A stretch of DNA of 64,000 nucleotides from Flavobacteriaceae bacterium. GTDB taxonomy: Bacteria; Bacteroidota; Bacteroidia; Flavobacteriales; Flavobacteriaceae. Numbering within the stretch: the first letter of the stretch is position 1; every line of letters starts with the position of its first letter. The notes beneath the pieces were generated by a model. The model did not search any database. It saw nothing but the letters and a program-made list of their open reading frames with translations, and was not told the origin of the DNA. Below are positions 9,253 to 19,148 of the stretch, one piece after another. Both the position numbers and the translations under genes were made by a program. The DNA lies in the NCBI GenBank assembly GCA_965178585.1, contig OZ238267.1, positions 2,355,313 through 2,419,312 on the forward strand, given 5' to 3'.

Positions 9253-10767
9253 TTACTCGCTTAAGGACGCTATATATTGAGAAGGAGTCTGTGAAAGCAG
9301 CTTTTTAAAAGATTTATTAAAAGTTACCTTATTATTAAAGCCCACTTCGTAAGCAATATCGATGATATTCATATTCTTATTTGTATCCCTTTTAATTATA
9401 TCTAAAGCCTCTTCTATTCTGTATTTATTAATTAATTCGAAAAAGTTTAAATTGAAATGCTCATTAATTACTTGAGAAGTATTGTGACGGTTGGTATCTA
9501 ACTTTTGAGACAACAATTCTAAACTAATATTATTTTGTCTATAAATTTTTTCGCTTTCTAAAAGCCAAATTAATTGATCCTTTAGATCACTAGAAAAACT
9601 TGATGTTAAACCAGACTTTTTATATTTATTATTAACCTCATCAAAAAATCCTTGAGCAAACAATTTAGGTGTGAGATATGCTTTGTATCCCACATATAAA
9701 ACCATTAATGCCATTGCAATAATTTGTAAGTGAAAAAGAAATTCAATTCTAGGAATGCTGTCATAAGCAATAATTAATCCATATATACAATAAAAAACCA
9801 CATAAGATGAAACTAAATAAGCAATTCCTTTTAACCATTTATACTTGTCAATTAATATTTTATTATCCTTTCTTATCTTAAAAAGATATATTCTCACTAT
9901 TAGAGTTGCATATATTAATAATGATGCAAATTTAAATATGATGGTAAAATCATGAATTTTTTTTAATGACAATGAACTAACATCAAGCATTATTTTTAGT
10001 TTTTCTTCTCCAGAAATGAAATAATAGGGTAAGACATTAAAAACTATTATTACAGTTGGAATTAAATGCAATAAATCTATTTTTCTAAACCTATAATTAA
10101 GAGCAATTTTTTTATAATAAAAATATATTAAAGGTCCATAAAGAAAGGAAAATGTAATTGACAATAAATAGATATGTGGATAGCTATATCTAAGGTTTGT
10201 TAAAAAGAAGAATAAATCTAAAATAAAAATAGAATGCATCAATACAAATAAACTTATTAATAAAGTTGAAGCATTATTACTTTTACTTTTTAGGATTAAT
10301 ACAGAAAAAATGAAAAACCCTATTAATGAAGTAAATAAATAAAATAGGTTGATAAAATTAAAATTTACTTTGTATTTAGATTGCAGCTCTTTATATTCTT
10401 TAGAATCAGCAATTTTTTCAAAAACATCATTATTTACGAAACCTACATGAAGTGATGATTTTATATATTTTTCAATAAATAAAGTTGAGTTTTCTACATC
10501 ACCCTTTTGAGCATAATCAATTGCTTTCCATCTAAAGATCTGTATAGAATCATTGGAAAAAGATTGTTGTGTTATACTTTTATTGATAATAGTTGAGTAA
10601 ATGGAAAGCTCTTCATTATTAAATGAATGCAAATTCCCGACACTTTCTTCCTTAAATTCCAGTAAACTTTCTTCGGCAAAAATGCTGTTGAAATTTGTAT
10701 TTATCACCAAAACTATAAACAAGAAAGCTAATCGAAGTTTTATCGATATTTTAAATAGTGCTCTCAA
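9253..10767 (-). CDS. Membrane-embedded AraC-family transcriptional regulator.
   Basis: It has a signal peptide, a ~130-aa external domain, about 7 TM helices and a C-terminal AraC HTH (IIDIAYEVGFNNKVTFNKSFKKLLSQTPSQY). Confidence 0.8.
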   Translation of the reverse strand: MRALFKISIKLRLAFLFIVLVINTNFNSIFAEESLLEFKEESVGNLHSFNNEELSIYSTIINKSITQQSFSNDSIQIFRWKAIDYAQKGDVENSTLFIEKYIKSSLHVGFVNNDVFEKIADSKEYKELQSKYKVNFNFINLFYLFTSLIGFFIFSVLILKSKSNNASTLLISLFVLMHSIFILDLFFFLTNLRYSYPHIYLLSITFSFLYGPLIYFYYKKIALNYRFRKIDLLHLIPTVIIVFNVLPYYFISGEEKLKIMLDVSSLSLKKIHDFTIIFKFASLLIYATLIVRIYLFKIRKDNKILIDKYKWLKGIAYLVSSYVVFYCIYGLIIAYDSIPRIEFLFHLQIIAMALMVLYVGYKAYLTPKLFAQGFFDEVNNKYKKSGLTSSFSSDLKDQLIWLLESEKIYRQNNISLELLSQKLDTNRHNTSQVINEHFNLNFFELINKYRIEEALDIIKRDTNKNMNIIDIAYEVGFNNKVTFNKSFKKLLSQTPSQYIASLSE

Positions 10768-11074
10768 TTCTATTGTTAAATTTTATTAAATATACAATCA
10801 ATACACTTATAAAAAAAAGAAAACAGTAGCACCCGATAAAAGTTTACTCCTATAATTATGAATAACTTGCAAAGTAAAACACATTAAGAAACATTAACTT
10901 TTCAACATTTACAAGCCTTTAAAACAATGATTTAGTTAATAATTGTGATTAATCTATTGAATTTATTCAATACAAAAAAACACATTAAAAGATTAAATTC
11001 ATTATATGGTATATCTGAATTAACTTTCTATTAATAAAACCTAGAAGTGATTATTAATAAAAAAAAGCTCTTAA

Positions 11075-12469
11075 TTACTTTGCCCCGTATTTATCCATTA
11101 AATAAATAAGACTTGTCATTGCAGCGGCACCTAATTCTAATTCACGTTTATTAACTTTATCAAAGGTATCATTAGATGCATGATGATAATCAAAATAGCG
11201 TTGCGAGTCTGGGCTTAGTCCAGCCAAAACTTTAATGACTCCTTCTTTTTTCAAAGGACCAATATCAGCACCACTCCCACCTTTTACAAATCTATTTGTT
11301 AAATAAGGCTCAAATAATTTATCCCAGGTTTTAATAAGATTAAAGTTTTCATCACTAGCATCAAAAGAGAAACCTCTAGGAGTAAATCCACCAGCATCAC
11401 TTTCCAAAGCAAAAACATGCTGTTCGTTTTTACGTTTTGCTTCAGATGCATATTTATTACCTCCTCTCAATCCATTTTCTTCATTCATAAACATAACTGC
11501 TCTAATGGTATGCTTAGGTTGATAACCTATTTTCTTCAATATTCGTAAAACTTCCATAGACTGAACACAACCAGCTCCATCATCGTGTGAGCCATCACCC
11601 ATATCCCAAGAATCTAGATGACCACCAACTACAATATATTCATTTGGTTTTTCACTCCCAGTGATTTCACCAATTACATTATAAGATTGAACATCAGGAT
11701 ATGTTTTACAATTTTGATTGTAGTAAAACAATAAATTAGGTTGTAATTTCAAAGTTGCACTTAAATAGTTTGCTCCATTAGTACTAATTGCACAGGCTGG
11801 AATACGTAGATGTTCTGGTGTATCTCCATAACTCATAGCTCCTGTATGAGGAAAATCATCTTGACGCAAACTCATAGATCTCACAACTACACCAACAGCA
11901 CCATATTTTGCAGCCTCTGCAGCACCTGAATATCTTTGACCTACAGCTCCACCATAAGCACGCATAGTATGTATTAAGTTATCTTGCATAGGACGATTAA
12001 AGAAAACTATTTTTCCTTCAATTTTTTCTCTACCTAAACTTTCTAATTCCTCAAAACTTTTAACCTCAACCACCTGTTTTTTTAAACCTCCATAAGGAGT
12101 TGGAACCGAACCTCCTAACGCACAAATATCTGCTAATGAAGTAACACCTGGTGACGTTTCTATATATGAATACTCCTTAGCTCCTCGAGTCCATTTTGGA
12201 ACCATAACTGGTTGTAACCACACTTTGTCTACTCCTAGTTCCTCCATTTGTTCTTTAGTATAGGTGACCGCTAATTCTGCACCTAATGAACCTGAAAGCC
12301 TACTTCCTATATTATTAGACATATAATCAAGCCAATCATAACTAGCGCCATCAGATAAGGATGTATTAAATATTTGTTTAATTAGAATTGAATCTTTCTT
12401 ATTAACATTTTGAGAAAAACCTATGGTAGTAATAGAAATCAATAAAATAATTAGAAATAATTTTTTCAT
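11075..12469 (-). CDS. M28-family aminopeptidase with PA domain.
   Basis: It has a signal peptide and M28 metal-ligand motifs (GGHLDSWDMGDGSHDDGAG, NEENGLRG). Confidence 0.85.
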   Translation of the reverse strand: MKKLFLIILLISITTIGFSQNVNKKDSILIKQIFNTSLSDGASYDWLDYMSNNIGSRLSGSLGAELAVTYTKEQMEELGVDKVWLQPVMVPKWTRGAKEYSYIETSPGVTSLADICALGGSVPTPYGGLKKQVVEVKSFEELESLGREKIEGKIVFFNRPMQDNLIHTMRAYGGAVGQRYSGAAEAAKYGAVGVVVRSMSLRQDDFPHTGAMSYGDTPEHLRIPACAISTNGANYLSATLKLQPNLLFYYNQNCKTYPDVQSYNVIGEITGSEKPNEYIVVGGHLDSWDMGDGSHDDGAGCVQSMEVLRILKKIGYQPKHTIRAVMFMNEENGLRGGNKYASEAKRKNEQHVFALESDAGGFTPRGFSFDASDENFNLIKTWDKLFEPYLTNRFVKGGSGADIGPLKKEGVIKVLAGLSPDSQRYFDYHHASNDTFDKVNKRELELGAAAMTSLIYLMDKYGAK

Positions 12470-12486
12470 AGAGTAGTTTTTAATCG

Positions 12487-13366
12487 TTATTCGTTTTCAA
12501 GTTGCTTTCTGTATTCCGAAATATTAGCTTCAACTTTAGGGGCTAATTCTGGTTCTTTAATATCTTTATATTCTTTTAGTTCTTTATATAAAATTGATGC
12601 AACTATTAAACGAGCTGCAGGTTTATTATCTGCTGGAACAATATACCAAGGCGCATGCTTTTTTGAGGTACGGTTTATTGCATCTTGATAACAAACCATA
12701 TAATTATCCCAAAGTTTTCTTTCTTTTAAATCACCTGCAGAAAATTTCCAATTTTTATTAGGTAGGTCCAATCTTCTTAATAATCGTCTTTTTTGTTCTT
12801 CTTTAGAAAGATTCAAATAAAACTTAAAAAATAAGTGTTCCATTATCAGATAGTGTTTTTTCAAATGCATTAATTTGATCAAAACGTCTATCCCAAAACG
12901 CTTCATTTACATCTTCTAAATTATTAATACCAGGTAATTTTTCTCCTAGTATATAACTAGGATGAACTCGAGTTACCAAAACATTTTCATAATGAGTCCT
13001 GTTAAAAACACCAAATTTTCCTCTTGCAGGAAGTGCTATATAATGCCTCCATAAATAGTCATGATTCTTTTCTAATTCTGTAGGTACTTTAAAACTAATT
13101 ACATCTACTCCACTTACATTAAAATCTTTAAAGACCTCTCTAATCAAACTATCTTTCCCAGAAGTATCCATTCCCTGTAAACAAACTAGTACTGAATATT
13201 TCCCGTGAGCGTAAAGTGTATTTTGAAGCTTCCCTAATTTTTCTCTTCTCTTCTCAAGAGATTTTTCTATTTTTTTTTCTGGAGAATTAAAATCTTCAAA
13301 AGTATTTTTATTTCGAATTGAAATTGGCTGTTCTACCTTATAATCTGAAATCTGAATCTCTTCCAT
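12487..13366 (-). pseudogene. Polyphosphate kinase 2 (PPK2) family gene split by a +1 frameshift.
   Basis: The N-terminal ORF (12824-13366) has a PPK2 P-loop (GMDTSGKD) and ends in GTLIF*. The C-terminal ORF continues KFYLNLSKEEQKRRL...APWYIVPADNK. Removing one A from the A6 run at 12826-12831 restores GTLIFKFYLNLSKEEQ. Confidence 0.8.
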
Positions 13367-13371
13367 AGATA

Positions 13372-14535
13372 TTATTTACTAGCGAATAATTTTACATCAT
13401 TTTCGGAAACTTCTTCCCCTCCCAATATAATTAATCTTTCAATTACATTTCTAAGTTCTCGAATATTTCCTGTCCAATCATAATTTTGAAGCAATACAAT
13501 TGCTTTTTTTGAAAATTCCTTATGGACTGTACCTTGCTCTTCTGCTATTTTTTTACTAAAGTGTTCAATTAATTGTGGTATATCTTCCCTTCTATCATTT
13601 AATGCGGGGACTTGTATCAAAATAACTGCCAATCTATGGTATAAATCTTCTCTAAAATTCCCTTCTGCAATTTCCTTTTTTAAGTTTTTATTTGTGGCAG
13701 CTAAGACTCTAACGTTTACCTTAATATCTTGATCACTACCTACCCTACTTATTTTGTTTTCCTGCAATGCCCTTAAAACTTTTGCTTGTGCAGACAAACT
13801 CATATCACCTATTTCATCTAGAAAAATAGTTCCATTGTTTGCTGCTTCAAATTTTCCAGCCCTGTCTTTTGCAGCTCCAGTAAAGCTTCCTTTTTTATGA
13901 CCAAACAATTCACTTTCTATAAGCTCACTTGGGATTGCTGCACAATTCACTTCAACCATAGACCCTTTTGCACGATCGCTTTTTTCATGAAGCCAATGAG
14001 CAACTAACTCTTTTCCTGTTCCATTAGCCCCAGTAATTAATACTCGAGCTTCACTAGGAGCAACTTTTTCTATCATTTCTTTAATATGATTGATGGAATG
14101 TGAATCTCCAATCATCTCATATTTTTTGCTAACTTTTTTCTTTAAGCGTTTATTCTCTACCACCAATTCTTTACTGTCTAAAGCAATACGAACTGTATTT
14201 AATAATCTATTTAAATCGGGTGGTTTTGAAATATAATCGAATGCGCCTAATCTCATTGCATTAACTGCAGTATCTAAATCTCCATGTCCAGATATCATTA
14301 CGATAGGTATTTCTGGCTTTATTTTTTTTGAAGCCGTTAATACTTCGATACCATCCATTTTAGGCATTTTAATGTCACATAAAATTAAATCAAAATCTTC
14401 TTTTTTAATTAATTCGATTCCTTGAAGTCCATCTTCAGATTCTGAAACCTTATATTTTGAATTTTCTTCAGAAAGTATTTTTACTAATACTCTTCTAATT
14501 GCCGCTTCATCTTCAATGATTAATATTTTTGACAT
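13372..14535 (-). CDS. Sigma-54-dependent response regulator (REC + AAA+ domains) with no C-terminal HTH.
   Basis: It has a REC domain (LILCDIKMPKMDG), Walker A (GANGTGKE), a GSFTGA sigma-54 contact loop and GNIRELRN. The protein ends about 30 aa after that motif. Confidence 0.85.
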   Translation of the reverse strand: MSKILIIEDEAAIRRVLVKILSEENSKYKVSESEDGLQGIELIKKEDFDLILCDIKMPKMDGIEVLTASKKIKPEIPIVMISGHGDLDTAVNAMRLGAFDYISKPPDLNRLLNTVRIALDSKELVVENKRLKKKVSKKYEMIGDSHSINHIKEMIEKVAPSEARVLITGANGTGKELVAHWLHEKSDRAKGSMVEVNCAAIPSELIESELFGHKKGSFTGAAKDRAGKFEAANNGTIFLDEIGDMSLSAQAKVLRALQENKISRVGSDQDIKVNVRVLAATNKNLKKEIAEGNFREDLYHRLAVILIQVPALNDRREDIPQLIEHFSKKIAEEQGTVHKEFSKKAIVLLQNYDWTGNIRELRNVIERLIILGGEEVSENDVKLFASK

Positions 14536-14559
14536 ATTTGAATTATAACGTGGGTTTAA

Positions 14560-15489
14560 TTAAGATTTTTTATTAGTTTGATAAAGATGAACATCTCTTT
14601 GAGGAAAAGGAATAGTAATATTATTTTCCTTAAATATTTCATCAATATTAAATCTTATATCACTTTTGGTTCTAGGTGAATTAAAACTTTCATTAATGAA
14701 AAAATTAAGTTTAAAAATTAATGCAGAATCACCAAAGTCATCAAAAGCTACAAAAGCTGCTGGTTTTTTTAAAACGTTAGAATTTGAATTTGCACATTTT
14801 AATAATAATTCTTCTACTTTTCGGGTATTGCTACCATAAGCAACTCCAATATTTATAGATTCTCTTGTGGTATTACCGTTTTGAGTATAATTATAAATTG
14901 AGTTTCTAATTAATATATGGTTAGGAATAATTATAATTTTATCATCTCTAGTTATTGCCCTTGTTGTACGCAATTTAATTTCAATAACTCTTCCTACTTT
15001 ATCGTCAACTTCAATTATATCACCTACTAATAAAGATTTATCTAAAATAATAAAGATTCCTCCTATAACATCCTGAAAAAGATCTTGCAGCGCCAATCCT
15101 AACCCTACTAGTAATGCTGCCGAAGCTGCTAATACTGGTGTTATATTTACACCTGAATGACTTAAAATAAAAAAGAAAACAATTATATAAGTTACATATC
15201 TAATAAATCTAAAAACACTAACAAACTTATTCTTATCGGATTCGTCCATTCTTCGGGTCGAAAACTTTCTTATCCACTGTAATATATACTTGGCTAGAAC
15301 TAAAGAAATTACTAAAGCTAATATTAACCCAACCGTTAAATGAATTTTGTTTTCGCCATCTCCAAAATGAAATCCAAGATCTAAAAACTTTTGAATTGCG
15401 CCCCAAATATTTTCTGTAACAACTTCCTCTACCTCATTAGCTACCTCAACAGCTGTTTCTTCAATTTTATCTACTACTTCTTCTTGCAT
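14560..15489 (-). CDS. Mechanosensitive ion channel (MscS family).
   Basis: It has TM helices followed by the MscS beta-domain motif (LLVGDIIEVDDKVGRVIEIKLRTTRAITRDDKIIIIPN). Confidence 0.8.
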   Translation of the reverse strand: MQEEVVDKIEETAVEVANEVEEVVTENIWGAIQKFLDLGFHFGDGENKIHLTVGLILALVISLVLAKYILQWIRKFSTRRMDESDKNKFVSVFRFIRYVTYIIVFFFILSHSGVNITPVLAASAALLVGLGLALQDLFQDVIGGIFIILDKSLLVGDIIEVDDKVGRVIEIKLRTTRAITRDDKIIIIPNHILIRNSIYNYTQNGNTTRESINIGVAYGSNTRKVEELLLKCANSNSNVLKKPAAFVAFDDFGDSALIFKLNFFINESFNSPRTKSDIRFNIDEIFKENNITIPFPQRDVHLYQTNKKS

Positions 15490-15491
15490 AA

Positions 15492-16796
15492 TTAATACTT
15501 AAGCCACTTTATAATCTCTCTATAACTTGCTTTTTTACCATACATTAATATTCCTACTCTATAAATTTTTGAAGCAAACCATACTGTTGCCATAAATGTA
15601 CCAAATAAAATCACTAATGAAAGAATTTGTTGCCATAAAGGTACTCCAAAGGGTATTCGCATTAACATAACAACTGGAGAAGTAAATGGAATATATGAAA
15701 AAACCTGCGAAACCATTCCATGTGGATTATCTATAACAGTAAAAAAACCAACATACATACCCAATATTAAAGGCATTAAAATTGGCAACATAAATTGTTG
15801 TGTATCTGTTTCACTATCTACTGCCGCGCCAATTGCAGCATAAAGTGAACTATATAATAAGTAACCTCCTATAAAAAAGAAGACAAACATAATTATTAAA
15901 TTACCAATGGGTAAGTTGTTTAACTCCATAAAAACTTCTGTAATCATTTTTTGGGAACCAGAACTTTGACTTATAACTTCTTGTTGTTGAGATGATATTG
16001 CAGAAGTATCGATTCCAAAAATTGAAGAAATTACAGAACTTAATACTAACATTAGAACAATCCAAACCGCAAATTGTGTAACCCCTGCTAGTGTTGTCCC
16101 AAATATTTTACCCAATAATAATTTCATTGGTTTTACTGATGATATTATAACTTCAATGATTCTACTTGTTTTTTCTTCAATAACACTTCGCATAATCATA
16201 TTACCATAAATAATGATAAACATAAACAGCAAATATCCAGCAATGCCACCAAATGCTAACTTTAAGCCCGACCCTAATTTTGAGGTTTTCTTACCTTCAA
16301 AAGTTTCTAATTTAGCATCGATATCGATTCTTAATTCTTCAATTTGTTTAGCATCAATTCCAGATTGATCTAATTTCAAAACATTTACTTTATCCTCAAT
16401 TCTATTTTCAATACCTCTCATAATACTAATAGATGGAGAATCTTCAGAATAAAAAGTAATCGTTTCAGATAGATCATCTAATTCATTTGTTTTTGGAATA
16501 TGCAAAAGCCCATATACCTCAGAGTTTTCAGTTAGCGTTTTAGCTTCATCCAATGAAACAAGTTTCAAGTTAGAATAATTTAAGGATTCAGAATCTTCAA
16601 AATAATCAGTAAATAATCCACTTTCATCAAGAATGTTGATGGTGTTAACGGTATCGTTATTTAGTTGAGATAAATATGCTACTAACGTAAAAATCCCAAC
16701 CATAATAATAGGACTTAAAAAAGTCATTATGATAAACGATTTATTACGCACTTTATTTAGATATTCTCTTTTTATTATTATAGGAAGGTGATTCAT
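15492..16796 (-). CDS. ABC-2 type transporter permease (NatB-like).
   Basis: It has one N-terminal TM helix, a large external loop and 5 C-terminal TM helices. It is adjacent to the cognate ATPase. Confidence 0.75.
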   Translation of the reverse strand: MNHLPIIIKREYLNKVRNKSFIIMTFLSPIIMVGIFTLVAYLSQLNNDTVNTINILDESGLFTDYFEDSESLNYSNLKLVSLDEAKTLTENSEVYGLLHIPKTNELDDLSETITFYSEDSPSISIMRGIENRIEDKVNVLKLDQSGIDAKQIEELRIDIDAKLETFEGKKTSKLGSGLKLAFGGIAGYLLFMFIIIYGNMIMRSVIEEKTSRIIEVIISSVKPMKLLLGKIFGTTLAGVTQFAVWIVLMLVLSSVISSIFGIDTSAISSQQQEVISQSSGSQKMITEVFMELNNLPIGNLIIMFVFFFIGGYLLYSSLYAAIGAAVDSETDTQQFMLPILMPLILGMYVGFFTVIDNPHGMVSQVFSYIPFTSPVVMLMRIPFGVPLWQQILSLVILFGTFMATVWFASKIYRVGILMYGKKASYREIIKWLKY

Positions 16797-16804
16797 AACG
16801 TAGC

Positions 16805-17731
16805 TTAATTATTTTGAATAGTTTCAATAAAAATATCACTTGCTGAAGGTATTACTTCCTCAAAATGTGTAAGTTGACCTAATGACGTTAGGTATGTCAC
16901 CAATTCATTAATTGAATTAGAACTAGGTGTTTTTATATTAAACTGCATCTCATTATTGATACTTTTAAAATAAGTAGGTACTGCTTCAAATTTCTCGTTC
17001 AATACTTCCTGAATATTTTCAGGTTGATTAGCAATAACCCCAACTTTAAATGTATTTGATTTATATTCTCTTTTAATATCGATTAATTTTCCTTCTAATA
17101 TTTTATTAGATTTATGAATCAATGCAATGTGATCACACATTTCTTCGACAGATTCCATACGGTGGGTAGAGAAAATAACTGTTGCTCCTTCGTCTTTTAA
17201 ACGTAAGATTTCATCTTTTATCAAATTTGCATTAATAGGATCAAATCCACTAAAAGGCTCATCAAAAATTAGCAATTTTGGCTGATGCAATACTGTAACC
17301 ACAAATTGTATTTTTTGAGCCATTCCTTTTGATAATTCTTGTATTTTTTTATTCCACCATCCATCTATCTCTAATCTTTCAAACCAGAATTTAAGTCTTT
17401 CTTTTGCTTCTGTTTTAGAAAGTCCTTTTAATTGTGCTAAATACATTGCTTGCTCACCAACTTTCATGGATTTATACAAACCTCTTTCCTCAGGTAAATA
17501 ACCAATATTTTGTATATCATTGGGTTGCAATGGCTGTCCATCTAAAAGTACTTTACCAGAATCAGGCATGGTAATTTGATTGATAATCCTTATTAAAGTT
17601 GTTTTACCAGCACCGTTAGGACCTAACAATCCAAATACGCTCCCTTTAGGAACCTCAATACTTACATTATTTAATGCTTTAAATGCTCCAAAAGATTTTG
17701 AAACATCTTCAGCTACTAATAGGTTATTCAT
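16805..17731 (-). CDS. ABC transporter ATP-binding protein (NatA-like).
   Basis: It has Walker A (GPNGAGKTT), the signature LSKGMAQK and Walker B (LLIFDEP). The ORF track starts at 17770, but the Met at 17731 (MNNLLVAEDVSKSF) matches typical N-termini. Confidence 0.88.
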   Translation of the reverse strand: MNNLLVAEDVSKSFGAFKALNNVSIEVPKGSVFGLLGPNGAGKTTLIRIINQITMPDSGKVLLDGQPLQPNDIQNIGYLPEERGLYKSMKVGEQAMYLAQLKGLSKTEAKERLKFWFERLEIDGWWNKKIQELSKGMAQKIQFVVTVLHQPKLLIFDEPFSGFDPINANLIKDEILRLKDEGATVIFSTHRMESVEEMCDHIALIHKSNKILEGKLIDIKREYKSNTFKVGVIANQPENIQEVLNEKFEAVPTYFKSINNEMQFNIKTPSSNSINELVTYLTSLGQLTHFEEVIPSASDIFIETIQNN

Positions 17732-17868
17732 AGTTTTAGTTTCGAATTGGTAAATATATTGATTTGTCAATTAAGCTAATTAGCTATTAAGATTTATTTA
17801 AAAGGTTTGTTGAATATTCCATCGATTTGTTACAAGGAATCATATCATAAATTAATTGAAAGTGTCCT

Positions 17869-17907
17869 AAAAAACAAAACCCACCCTTTAAACTAATAAA
17901 GGATGGG
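17869..17907 (-). terminator. Intrinsic terminator downstream of dnaJ.
   Basis: On the minus strand: cccatccttta-ttagtt-taaagggtggg (11-bp stem with one G-U pair), followed by ttttgtttttt. Confidence 0.8.
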
Positions 17908-17992
17908 AAAAAATTGCTATGAAAAAGAAAAATATCACTACTAATTTAATAGTGATTCTCAAATATAATAAAATTTTTTAATTAACATAAGT

Positions 17993-19114
17993 TTATGAAA
18001 ACATATCTTTCACCTTTTCAAAAAAAGATTTGTCTTCTTTTTCTGGGTTTGGCTGAAAATTACCATCCTCACTCATTTTCTTAAAAAATTCTTTTTGCTC
18101 TTTATTTAATTCTTTTGGAGTCCAAACATTAATATGTACCAATAGATCTCCTGTTCCGTAACTATTAATACTTGGAATACCTTTATTACGAAGTCTCAGT
18201 ATCTTACCACTTTGAACGCCTTGCTCAATTTTAATCCTCACTTTACCATTTACTGTATCAATTTCTTTTGAACTTCCTAAAACAGCATCCGAAATACTTA
18301 TATATAAGTCATGATGCAGATTATCCCCTTCTCTTTGTAATGTAGGATGTGGCAATTCTTCAATTGCAACTAATAAATCACCAGAAATCCCATTTCCTGG
18401 AGCTTCATTTCCTTTACCAGATACCTTTAGCTGCATTCCTTCTACAACACCTGCAGGTATTTTAATAGAGACCGTTTCCTCTGATTGCAACAATCCATGA
18501 GCATCAGCATTTGTTGGTTTTTTATCTATTGTTTGCCCAGAACCACTACAAACACTACAAGGTGCAGAAGTTTGCATTCTACCTAAAATTGTGTTTTGTA
18601 TTCTGGTAACTTGACCACTTCCATTACATGATGTACAGGTTTTATAGGTAGTCCCTTTTGCTACTTTTTTACGTTTTACTTTTATCTTTTTCTCAACACC
18701 GTTAGCGATTTCTTCCAGTGTTAGTTTAACTCTAATTCTTAAGTTACTACCTTTAACTTGAGCTCTTCTACCTCCGCCACCGAAACCACCAAAGCCGCCA
18801 CCGCCGCCAAAAATATCTCCAAACTGACTGAATATATCATCCATATTCATGCCACCTCCGCCAAAACCTCCAAAGCCTCCGCCACCTCCACCTTCAAAGG
18901 CTTGGTGACCAAAACGATCGTATTTGGCTTTTTTGTCAGGATCACTTAAAATTTCGTAAGCCTCAGCAGCTTTCTTAAAATTCTCTTCAGCTTTTGCGTC
19001 TCCAGGATTTTTATCGGGATGAAATTCTATTGCTTTTTTACGATAAGCTTTTTTTATTTCTGAAGCAGAAGCTTCTTTTGAAACTTCTAATATTTTGTAA
19101 AAATCTTCTTTCAC
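17993..19114 (-). CDS. dnaJ: Molecular chaperone DnaJ.
   Basis: It has a J domain with HPD (FHPDKNP), a G/F-rich region, CxxCxGxG motifs and a conserved C-terminal domain. Confidence 0.95.
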   Translation of the reverse strand: MKEDFYKILEVSKEASASEIKKAYRKKAIEFHPDKNPGDAKAEENFKKAAEAYEILSDPDKKAKYDRFGHQAFEGGGGGGFGGFGGGGMNMDDIFSQFGDIFGGGGGFGGFGGGGRRAQVKGSNLRIRVKLTLEEIANGVEKKIKVKRKKVAKGTTYKTCTSCNGSGQVTRIQNTILGRMQTSAPCSVCSGSGQTIDKKPTNADAHGLLQSEETVSIKIPAGVVEGMQLKVSGKGNEAPGNGISGDLLVAIEELPHPTLQREGDNLHHDLYISISDAVLGSSKEIDTVNGKVRIKIEQGVQSGKILRLRNKGIPSINSYGTGDLLVHINVWTPKELNKEQKEFFKKMSEDGNFQPNPEKEDKSFFEKVKDMFS

Positions 19115-19148
19115 GTGATTTTGCTATTTGATAATTTAATTCTTTGGA

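Noticed and set aside
10956-10971. The attgaat-tt-attcaat hairpin as a terminator downstream of the M28 peptidase gene.
   Set aside because: The stem is only 7 bp of A/T-rich sequence, and the U-tract lies on the wrong side for the minus-strand transcript.
18758-18949. Repetitive GGT/GGC-rich DNA suggesting a non-coding repeat.
   Set aside because: It is the coding sequence of the DnaJ glycine/phenylalanine-rich linker.
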